A stretch of DNA of 41,717 nucleotides from assembly GCA_004214055.1 (NCBI GenBank), contig SGYT01000003.1:1-41717 (forward strand), in the 5' to 3' direction. The notes beneath the pieces were generated by a model. It worked only from the letters and a program-made list of their open reading frames with translations, was not told the DNA's origin and did no database searches. Shown in pieces: positions 1 through 9,223 of this stretch (the first letter of the stretch is position 1; each line of letters begins with the position of its first letter). Both the position numbers and the translations under genes were made by a program. The DNA comes from Candidatus Actinomarinales bacterium (lineage in GTDB: Bacteria > Actinomycetota > Acidimicrobiia > Actinomarinales > Actinomarinaceae).

Positions 1-3
1 TAG

Positions 4-76
4 TGGCCAGAGGCAGAATCGAACTGCCGACCCCTTGTTTTTCAGACAAGTGCTCTACCGACTGAGCTATCTGGCC
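4..76 (-). tRNA. tRNA-Phe(GAA)
   Basis: Reverse complement GGCCAGATAGCTCAGTCGGTAGAGCA-CTTGT-CTGAAAA-ACAAG-GGGTC-GGCAGTTCGATTCTGCC-TCTGGCC-A forms a cloverleaf with anticodon GAA; CCA not encoded (followed by CTA). Confidence 0.97.
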
Positions 77-79
77 TTT

Positions 80-157
80 TGGCGGGGACGACGGGATTCG
101 AACCCGCGACCTCCTGCGTGACAGGCAGGCGTAAACTCCAGACTTTACCACGCCCCC
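80..157 (-). tRNA. tRNA-Asp(GTC)
   Basis: Reverse complement GGGGGCG...CCTGC-CTGTCAC-GCAGG...GCGGGTTCGAATCCCGT-CGTCCCC-G-CCA; anticodon GTC; CCA encoded; 3 bp upstream of tRNA-Phe. Confidence 0.97.
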
Positions 158-226
158 GTAATCCTTAAAGTATAACTCAAAAAAAAACTTCAACGTAATA
201 AAAATATTGAGAATAATATATAGTGT

Positions 227-1663
227 GTGAGATTAAAAAGTTATATTAAATATTTATTAAGGTTTCTTTTATTGCAATTCATTTTATCTTATTTAACAAT
301 TTTCTATTTTAATAATTTTTTAATCTCAAATAAAGGGCTCAAACAAAACATTTATGAAAATCTATTACAAGATGGAAATAGATTTATTCCATTTGTTAAT
401 ACAGAATTCATTACAGTGGATGGGTTTCTTATATTTGCAGTATTTATATTTTTAATGATATTGTATTCAACTAAATTTTACACCTATGTCAATGAACTAA
501 GTTTTTCAATAAATAAAAACTTACTTGATGAATATTTCCAACTTTACCTTCTTTGGACAAGTTATTTATTTACAATATTTTTCATTTTTCGTTTTGAAAA
601 TGTTTCAAGAGGCTATCTCTTAATTTACTCATTCTTAATACCAATCATTTTATTAATTTTTAGAAATACAGAATTTATATCTTCTATTTTGGGAAGATCC
701 GTAACAAGTGAAACTTTTGTAACGTTCAATTTAGATGAAACTTCAAATTTTAGAAACTTGAGATTGATAACTTTTAGACAAAACATTGGATCTTTTAGTA
801 TAAGAAATTTTGATAATCCAGATAATTTAATTAAACGGATAGACAAAATAAATAAAGATAGAAAAATTAATTTAATAATTATAAATTTGGATAATAAATC
901 TTCTATACATGAAAAAATTGAAAAATATTTAATTAGTACTAATAAAAAAATATTATTAATTTCAAAAAAAGAATTGAGTTTTAAAAATAACTTCATTTAT
1001 AGAAAAGAAGTTATCGATGAACGATACCTTGTATATTTTAATAATGATGTTCAGTATGGAGCTAAATATATTCTGAAAAGAATTATGGATATTGGACTTG
1101 CTTCTATTGGAATAACTTTGCTTTTACCAATTTCTTTATTAGTAATATTTTTAATATTATTAATGGACGGTTACCCATTTTTTATTAAACAAAAAAGAGT
1201 AGGTCTACATGGTAATCATTTTAATATGTATAAATTTAGAACAATGAGAAAAGACTCTCATGAACTCAGAGATTCACTATCAAACTTAAATAAAGGAAAA
1301 GGACCTTTATTTAAAATTGAAGATGATCCAAGAATAATTAAACAGCTTAAATTTATAAGAGAATATAGCCTGGATGAAATTCCTCAATTCATAAACGTAC
1401 TTAGAGGTGAAATGTCCATAGTCGGACCTAGACCTTTATTTGATGATGATACAAAGTTATTTAATACAAGTTATATGAGAAGGTTAAATGTGCTTCCAGG
1501 TATAACAGGATTATTACAAATTAACGAGAGAAATACTGATGATTTTTCTATCTGGTATAAATATGATATCGAATACATAGAGAATTGGAGTTTATATTTA
1601 GATTTAAAGATTATATTGAAAACTCCATTAGCTATTTTCTCAAAAAAAATAAAAGGCTTATAG
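227..1663 (+). CDS. Polyprenyl-phosphate sugar-1-phosphate transferase (WcaJ/WbaP/CpsE-like priming glycosyltransferase)
   Basis: N-terminal TM helices; C-terminal Bac_transf motifs KRIMDI, KFRTM, DDPR, SLDEIPQFINVLRGEMSIVGPRP, PGITGLLQI, YIENWSLYLDLKI. Confidence 0.92.
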   Translation: MRLKSYIKYLLRFLLLQFILSYLTIFYFNNFLISNKGLKQNIYENLLQDGNRFIPFVNTEFITVDGFLIFAVFIFLMILYSTKFYTYVNELSFSINKNLLDEYFQLYLLWTSYLFTIFFIFRFENVSRGYLLIYSFLIPIILLIFRNTEFISSILGRSVTSETFVTFNLDETSNFRNLRLITFRQNIGSFSIRNFDNPDNLIKRIDKINKDRKINLIIINLDNKSSIHEKIEKYLISTNKKILLISKKELSFKNNFIYRKEVIDERYLVYFNNDVQYGAKYILKRIMDIGLASIGITLLLPISLLVIFLILLMDGYPFFIKQKRVGLHGNHFNMYKFRTMRKDSHELRDSLSNLNKGKGPLFKIEDDPRIIKQLKFIREYSLDEIPQFINVLRGEMSIVGPRPLFDDDTKLFNTSYMRRLNVLPGITGLLQINERNTDDFSIWYKYDIEYIENWSLYLDLKIILKTPLAIFSKKIKGL

Positions 1664-1671
1664 AGTAGTTG

Positions 1672-1744
1672 TGGGTCGGGTGGGAATCGAACCCACGACC
1701 TTGAGCTTAAAAGGCTCCTGCTCTACCAATTGAGCTACCGACCC
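1672..1744 (-). tRNA. tRNA-Lys(TTT)
   Basis: Reverse complement GGGTCGGTAGCTCAATTGGTAGAGCAGGAGC-CTTTTAA-GCTCAAGGTCGTGGGTTCGATTCCCACCCGACCCA; anticodon TTT. Confidence 0.96.
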
Positions 1745-1796
1745 TACTAACTATTAAAGAATAACATTCAAGAATAATTATTTAATAAAAAGTTGT

Positions 1797-2111
1797 CTAT
1801 TCTTCTTCAAAATTTTTTTCAGGATTTTCTATTCCAAGTATTTTTTCTCTCGTGCTTTTTAAGGTACTGGCAACTTCCGTGTTAACTTTTTCTATAATGT
1901 CTTTCGTATCTTTTCTAATCTCTTCATCTTTTATTGTAGAGTTAATTGTCTCCATCAAGCTAGATAATACTTCGGAAGTATTATCTATAGTTTGCTTTAA
2001 TGAATCTTTTAAATCTTCAACTAAGTCTTCATCGTTTACTTTATCTTTAATTTTTTTTGTAACTTCACTAATATCATCAGATATATTTTTCCAATTTTTT
2101 TCACTTTCCAT
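1797..2111 (-). CDS. Hypothetical acidic helical protein (104 aa)
   Basis: Amphipathic D/E/K-rich ORF; TATAAT 7 nt before the ATG (leaderless-type promoter). Confidence 0.75.
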   Translation of the reverse strand: MESEKNWKNISDDISEVTKKIKDKVNDEDLVEDLKDSLKQTIDNTSEVLSSLMETINSTIKDEEIRKDTKDIIEKVNTEVASTLKSTREKILGIENPEKNFEEE

Positions 2112-2130
2112 ATATAAAATTATATAGAAT

Positions 2131-2973
2131 TTATATTTTTGATTTATCTTTAAATTTTAAAGATGGATTTTTTGTAATTCTTTGTTTGGCCCATCTAGCA
2201 GGTGCAATCAGTTTAAAAAATGGCGGTAAAAAAGGACGTGTAAGTCTTAATAATGAAAGATTAAAGTTTACTAAATGTCTCTTTAGATTCGTTTCTTTAA
2301 TCCCATATATATCTTTAAATTCTTTAGGCAGTGTATTGAATGCTGTAAATGATATAAATGGCCAAATTGGTTTAATATGTACCGGAACAGGACCGCCTGC
2401 AATAATATCGTATACATCTTGTGCAACGTCAGTTAAAAGAAGATAGTCTTTATCTTTTGATTTATTAATAACCCATTCTTTAAGCTCCTCATGGGTTTTT
2501 GGCATCCGATTTACATCTACTAGCATTATTTTTGCTGCAAGCATATTTTCTTTATGATATTGGTTTTTCTCATCGTCTGATAATTTTTTTACTGTTTTCT
2601 CGTAAAAATAAATTGATGAAATTTGTAAACAAGCATGGACCCATAAAAGCTGCTCATAGTCAAGAGCATCATAGGTTCCTCCTGTTATAGGATCTTTACC
2701 TTTTATAACTTCATGAAGCTTATTTATCCTATTAGCACTTTCGTCAGCTTCTTGTTTTGTTCCAAAAGTAACTGAATTTTGTAACGACAGTGTCCTTATG
2801 AGCCTTTTCCATGGATCTCTTTGGTAGAATGAAGTTTGTCTTGCTCCAGCTGAGATAAGTGGATGAGCTGCATGCATTAAAAGTGCTCTTGCTCCTCCGA
2901 ACAAGACTGTAATTTCTTTATTTACTCTCCACATCATTGATTCTGGTCCAAAATACCCTGGGTCACCTTGCAT
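2131..2973 (-). CDS. MpaB/DUF2236 (ER-bound oxygenase / Lcp-like) family protein
   Basis: Motifs GYFGPESMMWRV, GGARALLMHAAHP, RLIRT, INKLH, YDALDYEQLLWVH. Confidence 0.88.
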   Translation of the reverse strand: MQGDPGYFGPESMMWRVNKEITVLFGGARALLMHAAHPLISAGARQTSFYQRDPWKRLIRTLSLQNSVTFGTKQEADESANRINKLHEVIKGKDPITGGTYDALDYEQLLWVHACLQISSIYFYEKTVKKLSDDEKNQYHKENMLAAKIMLVDVNRMPKTHEELKEWVINKSKDKDYLLLTDVAQDVYDIIAGGPVPVHIKPIWPFISFTAFNTLPKEFKDIYGIKETNLKRHLVNFNLSLLRLTRPFLPPFFKLIAPARWAKQRITKNPSLKFKDKSKI

Positions 2974-3071
2974 ATTAAGATTTTATCAAGAACTAAAAAT
3001 ATCAATAAATGAATATTATTAAAATTTTATTTTAAGAATCCATCAAACATATACTTGAAAATAAGACATTT

Positions 3072-4184
3072 ATGATAAATAAACTTGTATACATCACCTA
3101 TCAAACTTTCCCTGCAGAAACTGCAAATAGCATACAAACGATCTCAAATATCAAATATTTTGTCAAAAACGAAGTTAACGTAGATCTTTATTTCCCGTTA
3201 AGAGAGAGACAGAGTGATGGAGACATAAATCAGTTAAAAAGTTATTATTCCTTCTCTGAAAATTTTAATTCTATTGGAGTAAAACATCCATATCCTCACG
3301 GAAAAATAAAATTTCTTCCTGGACTCTGGTTTCACATAAGTCATTTTCTATGGTCTAAAAAGGTTGTAGATAAATTAAATAAAAACTATGGACAAGATAT
3401 TCATTTTATTACTAGATCAGACTGGATAGCTTTTTTTCTAGCTAAAAAAAATAGAAAAGTAGTTTTTGAGTGTCACCAAACCTCAAAGCTTAGAAATGTA
3501 ATAATAAAATTAATCAGGAATAAAAAAAATGTTAAATTTATTTTTTTAAATAATTATTTAAATACCTATTATAAAAATCCTTCAAATGGAATTGTTCTCC
3601 ATAACGGAGTGGACACAGAGCTATTTGAAAATAATGTAGGAAGAAAACAGACTAACTCTATAATCTTTGTTGGAAATATTTCAAGGTTCAAAGAAACAAG
3701 GGGTCTTGAAAAAATTGTTCAGTGGTTTATTGAAAATAAAATAAATTCAAAATTTACATTAAAAATTGTCGGAGGTCCGCATAAAAGTGTAGAAGAATTA
3801 GAAAAGATTATTAAGAAAAATAATCTTGAAAATTTTGTCAAGCTTTATGGGAGACTTGATAGAAAAGAGACAATTAAAGAAATTCAAAAATCTTCAATAG
3901 GTCTTTTGATAAACACCAACTACAATTTACATTCATTAAAATACACCTCTCCATTGAAATATTTTGAATATCTTTTTGGTGGTTTAAAAATTGTTGCTGT
4001 TAATTTTCCAGCTCACCATGAGTTACCGTTTTCAGATAATATTAGTTTTTTCGACTTTGAAGATAAAAGTACCTTTGTTCAAGCATTAAATGGAGCTGAA
4101 AATAAAAAAGCTTTTAAAATTAATGATTTAAATGAAATAACCCTCGACTCAAGAATCAAAAAGATTCTTGACTTCATTGAATAA
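3072..4184 (+). CDS. Glycosyltransferase family 4 (GT-B)
   Basis: ANSIQT, VVFECH, HNGVD, IFVGNI, RGLE, TSPLKYFEY motifs. Confidence 0.88.
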   Translation: MINKLVYITYQTFPAETANSIQTISNIKYFVKNEVNVDLYFPLRERQSDGDINQLKSYYSFSENFNSIGVKHPYPHGKIKFLPGLWFHISHFLWSKKVVDKLNKNYGQDIHFITRSDWIAFFLAKKNRKVVFECHQTSKLRNVIIKLIRNKKNVKFIFLNNYLNTYYKNPSNGIVLHNGVDTELFENNVGRKQTNSIIFVGNISRFKETRGLEKIVQWFIENKINSKFTLKIVGGPHKSVEELEKIIKKNNLENFVKLYGRLDRKETIKEIQKSSIGLLINTNYNLHSLKYTSPLKYFEYLFGGLKIVAVNFPAHHELPFSDNISFFDFEDKSTFVQALNGAENKKAFKINDLNEITLDSRIKKILDFIE

Positions 4185-4186
4185 AG

Positions 4187-4260
4187 CACGCCTGGAGGGA
4201 TTCGAACCCCCAACCCTCTGATCCGAAGTCAGATGCTCTATCCAGTTAAGCTACAGGCGC
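4187..4260 (-). tRNA. tRNA-Arg(TCG)
   Basis: Reverse complement GCGCCTGTAGCTTAACTGGATAGAGCA-TCTGA-CTTCGGA-TCAGA-GGGTT-GGGGGTTCGAATCCCTC-CAGGCGT-G; anticodon TCG. Confidence 0.95.
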
Positions 4261-4294
4261 AAAAGATTTATTCCTACTTATAATTAACTTTACT

Positions 4295-5047
4295 GTGGAA
4301 AATAAAGTAAAAATTCTAAAGACAGATATTAATCAAATAAAGCTTAATGATTTATCAAATAGGTTAATAAATGAAGAAAACTTAGATGTAGCAGTATGTA
4401 ATGCTAACTCTCTGGTTAGATCATATAAAGACAAAGATCTTCAAAAAATCTTAAATAATTTTGATATAGCGACTCCAGATGGATTTCCAGTTGCAAAAGC
4501 CTCGAGCATTTTATATAAAAATGATCAAAAGAGAGTAGATGGTTATAAAATATTCAATCATACTATTGAAAAAAGTATTGAATCTGGAACCTCCCATTAC
4601 TTTTTTGGAAATTCTGAAGAAGTGGTAGAGAAAATAATTACTAAATTTAAAAAAAAGTATCCATCTATAAATATTGCAGGATATTCATGCCCGCCAATTC
4701 TTGATGTAGAAAAATTAGCTAGTGATAAATATATGGAAGAAATAATTAAATTAGAACCAAAAATTATTTGGCTTTCATTCGGTTTTCCTAAACAAGAGAA
4801 ACTAATGAGTAAAATCCGAAAAGATTATAAATTAAATTCTAACCTCGTGGGAGTTGGTTTCACTTTTGATTGGACTGCAGAAACAAAATTTAAAGCACCA
4901 GAATTTATCGCAAACTTAGGTCTAGAGTGGATTTTTAGACTAATACAAGAACCTAAAAGACTTTATAAAAGATACCTAATTGACAACACATTATTTATTT
5001 TTTACTTTATTAAGCAATATTTAGAAATTAAATTTAAAAAACATTAG
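4295..5047 (+). CDS. WecB/TagA/CpsF family glycosyltransferase (GT26)
   Basis: TPDGFPV, RVDG, FGFPKQE, GVGFTFD, RAP-like KAP, LGLEWIFRLIQEPKRLYKRYL; GTG start. Confidence 0.92.
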   Translation: MENKVKILKTDINQIKLNDLSNRLINEENLDVAVCNANSLVRSYKDKDLQKILNNFDIATPDGFPVAKASSILYKNDQKRVDGYKIFNHTIEKSIESGTSHYFFGNSEEVVEKIITKFKKKYPSINIAGYSCPPILDVEKLASDKYMEEIIKLEPKIIWLSFGFPKQEKLMSKIRKDYKLNSNLVGVGFTFDWTAETKFKAPEFIANLGLEWIFRLIQEPKRLYKRYLIDNTLFIFYFIKQYLEIKFKKH

Positions 5048-5087
5048 AAAGATTGATTCTGCAATAAAGCTGATATTATTTATTTAG

Positions 5088-6728
5088 ATGAATACTATTC
5101 TAAATAATCTCAGAGAAAAGTTAAATAATATTTTTGCAAAGTTTGATATTGATGAAAGCGTTCAAATTTCAATATCAAAAATTACAGATTTTGATATCCA
5201 AATAAACAACCTTGTTAAATACAAAAATCATAAATCAATTGAAGAAATTAAAAATCACTTATTAAAAGAACTTGATAAATCGGAATATTTTAGCTCGGTT
5301 GAATTTAGTGACAAGCTTTTTATAAATCTAAAATTTAATTTAATAAATCTTGCTAAGAATATTGACAACTCAAAAAAAGACTTTGCTGTAAATAAAAGAG
5401 AAAAATTGATTTTGGACTACGGAGGCCCAAACATTGGAAAACCTTTACATGTTGGCCATCTTCGCTCTTTAAATATTGGAAGAAGTTTATACAATATGAA
5501 CAAATTTATTGGTAACGAAGTAAAAAGTGATATACATTTAGGTGATTGGGGTATGCCGATTGCTCAAATAATAACATATATTGAAAAAAATAATCTTGAC
5601 ATTCAAACCTTAAAAGTAAGTGATTTAGAATCAATTTACCCTCTTTCTTCCAAGGAATATTTAAATGATGAAAAATTTCAAGAAAAGGCGAAAGAAATTA
5701 ATAAAAAATTAAATACCGATGATGATGAGACTATTTCTAAGTGGAAAATAATTAAAGATGTTTCGCTAGTAGAAATTAAGAAAAATCTTTCTGAATTAGG
5801 ACATAGCTTTGACTATTGGTTTGGAGAAAGTGATGTTAATAGTCTTATCCCTGATATGTTAGAAAACTTAATTGAAGAAGACAAAGTTGAATATGACGAA
5901 AGTGCATTAGTAAGTAAGGAAAATATTGAGCCAAAAGTCTTAATTACAAAATCAGATGGTTCTTACCTCTATATTACGACTGATTTAGCAACAATAATTT
6001 ATAGAGAAAAGCACATTCCTTTTGATAAGATTTTTTATATAGTAGACAGTCGCCAATCTCTTCATTTCAGACAACTCTTTAGTTCTGCAAAATATTTTGA
6101 ATTTAATAATTTAAACTTCGAACATGTTGGTTTCGGCACCTTAAATGATGAAAATGGAAATCCTTTTAAGACAAGAGAGGGGGGTACAAAGCCATTAATA
6201 GAACTTTTCAGCGAAACATATAAATATATTTATAAAATAAATCAAAATTTAGAAGACAAAACAATAAAACAGCTTACGAACACTGTTTTAACCTATAGTG
6301 ATTTGTTAACAAATAGGAAGACAAACTATAAATTTGATCTTAAAAAATTTACTAATATTTCAGGAAAAACTGGAATTTATATACAATATGCTCAAGTCAG
6401 AGCAAAGAATTTATTTCAAATAGCAAACAATAATAACTCTCTAGAACTTTCTGATGAAATCGGAAATATTGAATCTGAACTTCTTTCTAAAATCTTTCTT
6501 TTTGGTTATTATCTGGAAAGAAGTATAGAAATGAGTGAGCCTCATCATTTAGCTGACTACTTATATGAACTTTCAAATCTATTCAATATATTTTATGAAG
6601 ATGAAAAAATATTAAATATTGAAGATGAAAAAATAAAAAATTCAAAACTCTATATTACAAAACTATTCCTAGAAACTTGCCATAATGTCATGTTTTGCTT
6701 GGGTGTAGAACCAGTTAATGAGATGTAA
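5088..6728 (+). CDS. argS: Arginine--tRNA ligase
   Basis: HIGH motif PNIGKPLHVGHLRS, HLGDWG, KSDGSYLYITTDLA, FKTREG, YIQYAQVRA, C-terminal VNEM. Confidence 0.97.
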   Translation: MNTILNNLREKLNNIFAKFDIDESVQISISKITDFDIQINNLVKYKNHKSIEEIKNHLLKELDKSEYFSSVEFSDKLFINLKFNLINLAKNIDNSKKDFAVNKREKLILDYGGPNIGKPLHVGHLRSLNIGRSLYNMNKFIGNEVKSDIHLGDWGMPIAQIITYIEKNNLDIQTLKVSDLESIYPLSSKEYLNDEKFQEKAKEINKKLNTDDDETISKWKIIKDVSLVEIKKNLSELGHSFDYWFGESDVNSLIPDMLENLIEEDKVEYDESALVSKENIEPKVLITKSDGSYLYITTDLATIIYREKHIPFDKIFYIVDSRQSLHFRQLFSSAKYFEFNNLNFEHVGFGTLNDENGNPFKTREGGTKPLIELFSETYKYIYKINQNLEDKTIKQLTNTVLTYSDLLTNRKTNYKFDLKKFTNISGKTGIYIQYAQVRAKNLFQIANNNNSLELSDEIGNIESELLSKIFLFGYYLERSIEMSEPHHLADYLYELSNLFNIFYEDEKILNIEDEKIKNSKLYITKLFLETCHNVMFCLGVEPVNEM

Positions 6729-6729
6729 T

Positions 6730-7269
6730 TTATATAAATAATTGAGAAGAAAGAATCCAAGTTAATAAAACAAAACTATAAGAAAACCTATCAAGAAGTT
6801 TCACTGTATTCCTTAAGCTGTGAAGAAGAAATAAAATTATAGGGACTGAAATAAAACCCGAAAAAGAGACTGCCTTACCTATTGAAGAAATATCATTCAA
6901 AATTAGAGTTTCAAGATTAATTGAGTATTGAAACAAAATAAGAAAAAATAAAGAAATAAAAATAGAATATATTATATTTATTATCAAATCTTTAAAACTT
7001 GAATTATATACTCTAAATACATTCAAGAACTCAACGGGTATAAATAAAATAAAAATTGATATTAAAAATAATATCAGAAACCAAAACAGACCCTGTCCTG
7101 TCCATGAAATAATAATTCTTTCAGTTCTCCCCACAGACTCAAGTAGCAAATACAGAGAATATCCGGAAAGTATGGCTCCTAAGGAAAATAAATACAGGCC
7201 AAATATACTTAAAAAATTTTTAGATTCAAATCTAAAATTTAACTCGTTTGGTATTTTTTGATATTGCAT
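6730..7269 (-). CDS. Hypothetical polytopic membrane protein
   Basis: About five hydrophobic segments; fills the gap between argS and the Nfu-N gene. Confidence 0.7.
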   Translation of the reverse strand: MQYQKIPNELNFRFESKNFLSIFGLYLFSLGAILSGYSLYLLLESVGRTERIIISWTGQGLFWFLILFLISIFILFIPVEFLNVFRVYNSSFKDLIINIIYSIFISLFFLILFQYSINLETLILNDISSIGKAVSFSGFISVPIILFLLHSLRNTVKLLDRFSYSFVLLTWILSSQLFI

Positions 7270-7313
7270 ACTGTCATATATTAATGTTTTTTATATTAAA
7301 ATAGATACTAATT

Positions 7314-7517
7314 ATGGAATTAATTGATACACCTAATCCAAATGCAAAAAAGATAGAAACTGATCTTACAGAAGAGGTCTTAAAAGAAGATTTACACAAG
7401 GTAGAAGGTATTTTATCTGTTTTTTTTGGGCCTGGTTTTGTTACGGTAACAAAAGATGAAAATGTAGAGTGGGAATCAATAAATCAAGACATTATTAACA
7501 TCTTTGATAAACTGTAG
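7314..7517 (+). CDS. Stand-alone NifU/Nfu N-terminal domain protein
   Basis: TPNPNAKK and VEGILSVFFGPGFVTVTKDENVEW match Nfu_N. Confidence 0.85.
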   Translation: MELIDTPNPNAKKIETDLTEEVLKEDLHKVEGILSVFFGPGFVTVTKDENVEWESINQDIINIFDKL

Positions 7518-7520
7518 TGT

Positions 7521-8135
7521 ATGGAAACATTTAACCAAGATCCAAAACCGGGAAGGTTAGTTTTACCACTTGTATTAATAGGAATGATTGCAACAACTTA
7601 TACTTTTGTAAATCGAGTTGCAACTAACAATGATCTAGATCTTTCAGTTACTGAGGAAGAAGTGGTTGTTACTGAAGAAGAAGCTGTGACAGAAGATACT
7701 ACTACAACTTCAACTACTACAACTACCTTGCCTGGTGAAGTTGTAACGTATCTTGAAGAAATTCAAGGTGAAAAAGTTCAATCCGATGAATTGGGACAAA
7801 AAGTAATAGAGGCAAACCAAAAATGGGATGATGAAATATTAACCTATCAAGAAGCAAAAGATGAATTTGCTAAATTTATTGAAGATGCCGATCAGTTCCA
7901 ATTAACAGTTTCTGAACCAGGACCTCCAAATACTTTCGCAAGCTTGGTAACAAGCCATGAAGAATTAACTGTTCTTGCTAATTTAATTTATGAAGACACT
8001 AAAGAATTACTTGCTGGTCTAACGTCTTCAGACACTGGCGAAAGAAGGGCTTCTGCTCTTGATTCGTTTAATAAAAACTTAGCTCAGTTTCAACAAAAAG
8101 TTGACGAAATTATTGCTGCTATAACTTCTAACTAG
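7521..8135 (+). CDS. Membrane-anchored surface protein with acidic/Thr-rich linker and helical domain
   Basis: N-terminal TM segment, then VTEEE repeats and TTTTSTTTTT, then a helical C-terminal domain. Confidence 0.75.
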   Translation: METFNQDPKPGRLVLPLVLIGMIATTYTFVNRVATNNDLDLSVTEEEVVVTEEEAVTEDTTTTSTTTTTLPGEVVTYLEEIQGEKVQSDELGQKVIEANQKWDDEILTYQEAKDEFAKFIEDADQFQLTVSEPGPPNTFASLVTSHEELTVLANLIYEDTKELLAGLTSSDTGERRASALDSFNKNLAQFQQKVDEIIAAITSN

Positions 8136-9156
8136 AAGCTGCTGAACAAACTGTATCAATCATTAACATAGCAATTATATAAGGGTCTGCGTTTGCATTT
8201 GGTCTTCTATCTTCTAAGTACCCTTTTTTATCAACTTCTACTTGCCATGGAATTCTTATTGATGCTCCTCTGTCGCTAACTCCATAAGAAAAAGTATCAA
8301 ATCTTTGTGTTTCATGATCTCCAGTGAGTCTGTCTTCAATTCCTGCTCCATAATTTTTGACATGAAGTTCTGCATTTTTACCTAATGCTTCACACCCTGC
8401 AACAATTGAATCGTATCCGCCATCTTCTCTCATTTGTTTTGTAGAGAAATTTGTATGCATTCCAGCCCCATTCCAATCTCCTTTTATAGGTTTTGGATGT
8501 AGCGTTGCTGAAATGTTGTAATCCTCTGCAATCCTATAAAGCAACCATCTTGAAACCCATATTTGATCTCCAATATCAGGTGCTCCAACTGGACCTATTT
8601 GATACTCCCATTGTCCCGGCATAACTTCAGCATTAGTACCAGAAATCTCTAAACCAGCAGCAATACATGCTGAAGCATGCTCTTCAGATATGTCTCTTCC
8701 AAAAACTTCGTCAGCTCCAACCCCACAATAATAACCTCCTTGTGGTGCCGGATATCCTGATGGCGGAAATCCTAAAGGCTGTCCGTATTTTAAAGAATCA
8801 TAAGATGCCTCATAAAATGTATATTCTTGCTCAAGCCCAAACATTGGTTCAAACTCAGCAAAATTTTCAGCAGCTGCCACGCATGCAGCTCGTGTATTTG
8901 TTGTGTGAGGAGTCATATCAACATTTAAAACTTCACACATAACTAATATATTTTCTCCCCCTCTTATAGGGTCACTAAATGTTGAGACCGGCCTTAAAAC
9001 ACAGTCTGAATTGTCTCCTGTCGCTTGTTCTGTACTTGAACCATCAAAACCCCAGATTGGTGGCTCTATTCCCTGTTCAAGTATCTTTGTTTTACTCCTT
9101 AATTTACTGGTAGGAGTTTTACCATCTATCCAAATATATTCTGCTTTTATTTTCAT
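8128..9156 (-). CDS. glnII: Glutamine synthetase type II
   Basis: 342 aa; AEYIWIDG, WGFDGSSTEQA, GLEQEYT, PQGGYYCGVG, NAEVMPGQWEYQIG, PKPIKGDWNGAGMHTNFST, RLTGDHET, DRGASIRIP, YLEDRRP. Confidence 0.95.
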   Translation of the reverse strand: MKIKAEYIWIDGKTPTSKLRSKTKILEQGIEPPIWGFDGSSTEQATGDNSDCVLRPVSTFSDPIRGGENILVMCEVLNVDMTPHTTNTRAACVAAAENFAEFEPMFGLEQEYTFYEASYDSLKYGQPLGFPPSGYPAPQGGYYCGVGADEVFGRDISEEHASACIAAGLEISGTNAEVMPGQWEYQIGPVGAPDIGDQIWVSRWLLYRIAEDYNISATLHPKPIKGDWNGAGMHTNFSTKQMREDGGYDSIVAGCEALGKNAELHVKNYGAGIEDRLTGDHETQRFDTFSYGVSDRGASIRIPWQVEVDKKGYLEDRRPNANADPYIIAMLMIDTVCSAASS

Positions 9157-9223
9157 ATTTACTAATGTAGTATTAATTTTTAATATTAGGAATTTCCAGA
9201 TATTAATATTTTGTTTCAGGATT

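Noticed and set aside
1-4260. Prophage or integrative element at the tRNAs
   Set aside because: No integrase, phage genes or duplicated tRNA 3' end (att) visible in the window
7698-7727. ACT/ACA-rich short tandem repeat
   Set aside because: Encodes the Thr-rich linker; not a CRISPR or non-coding repeat
9011-9223. N-terminal extension of the regulator ORF
   Set aside because: Overlaps glnII on the opposite strand; the ATG at 9224 gives a normal-size GlnR-like protein
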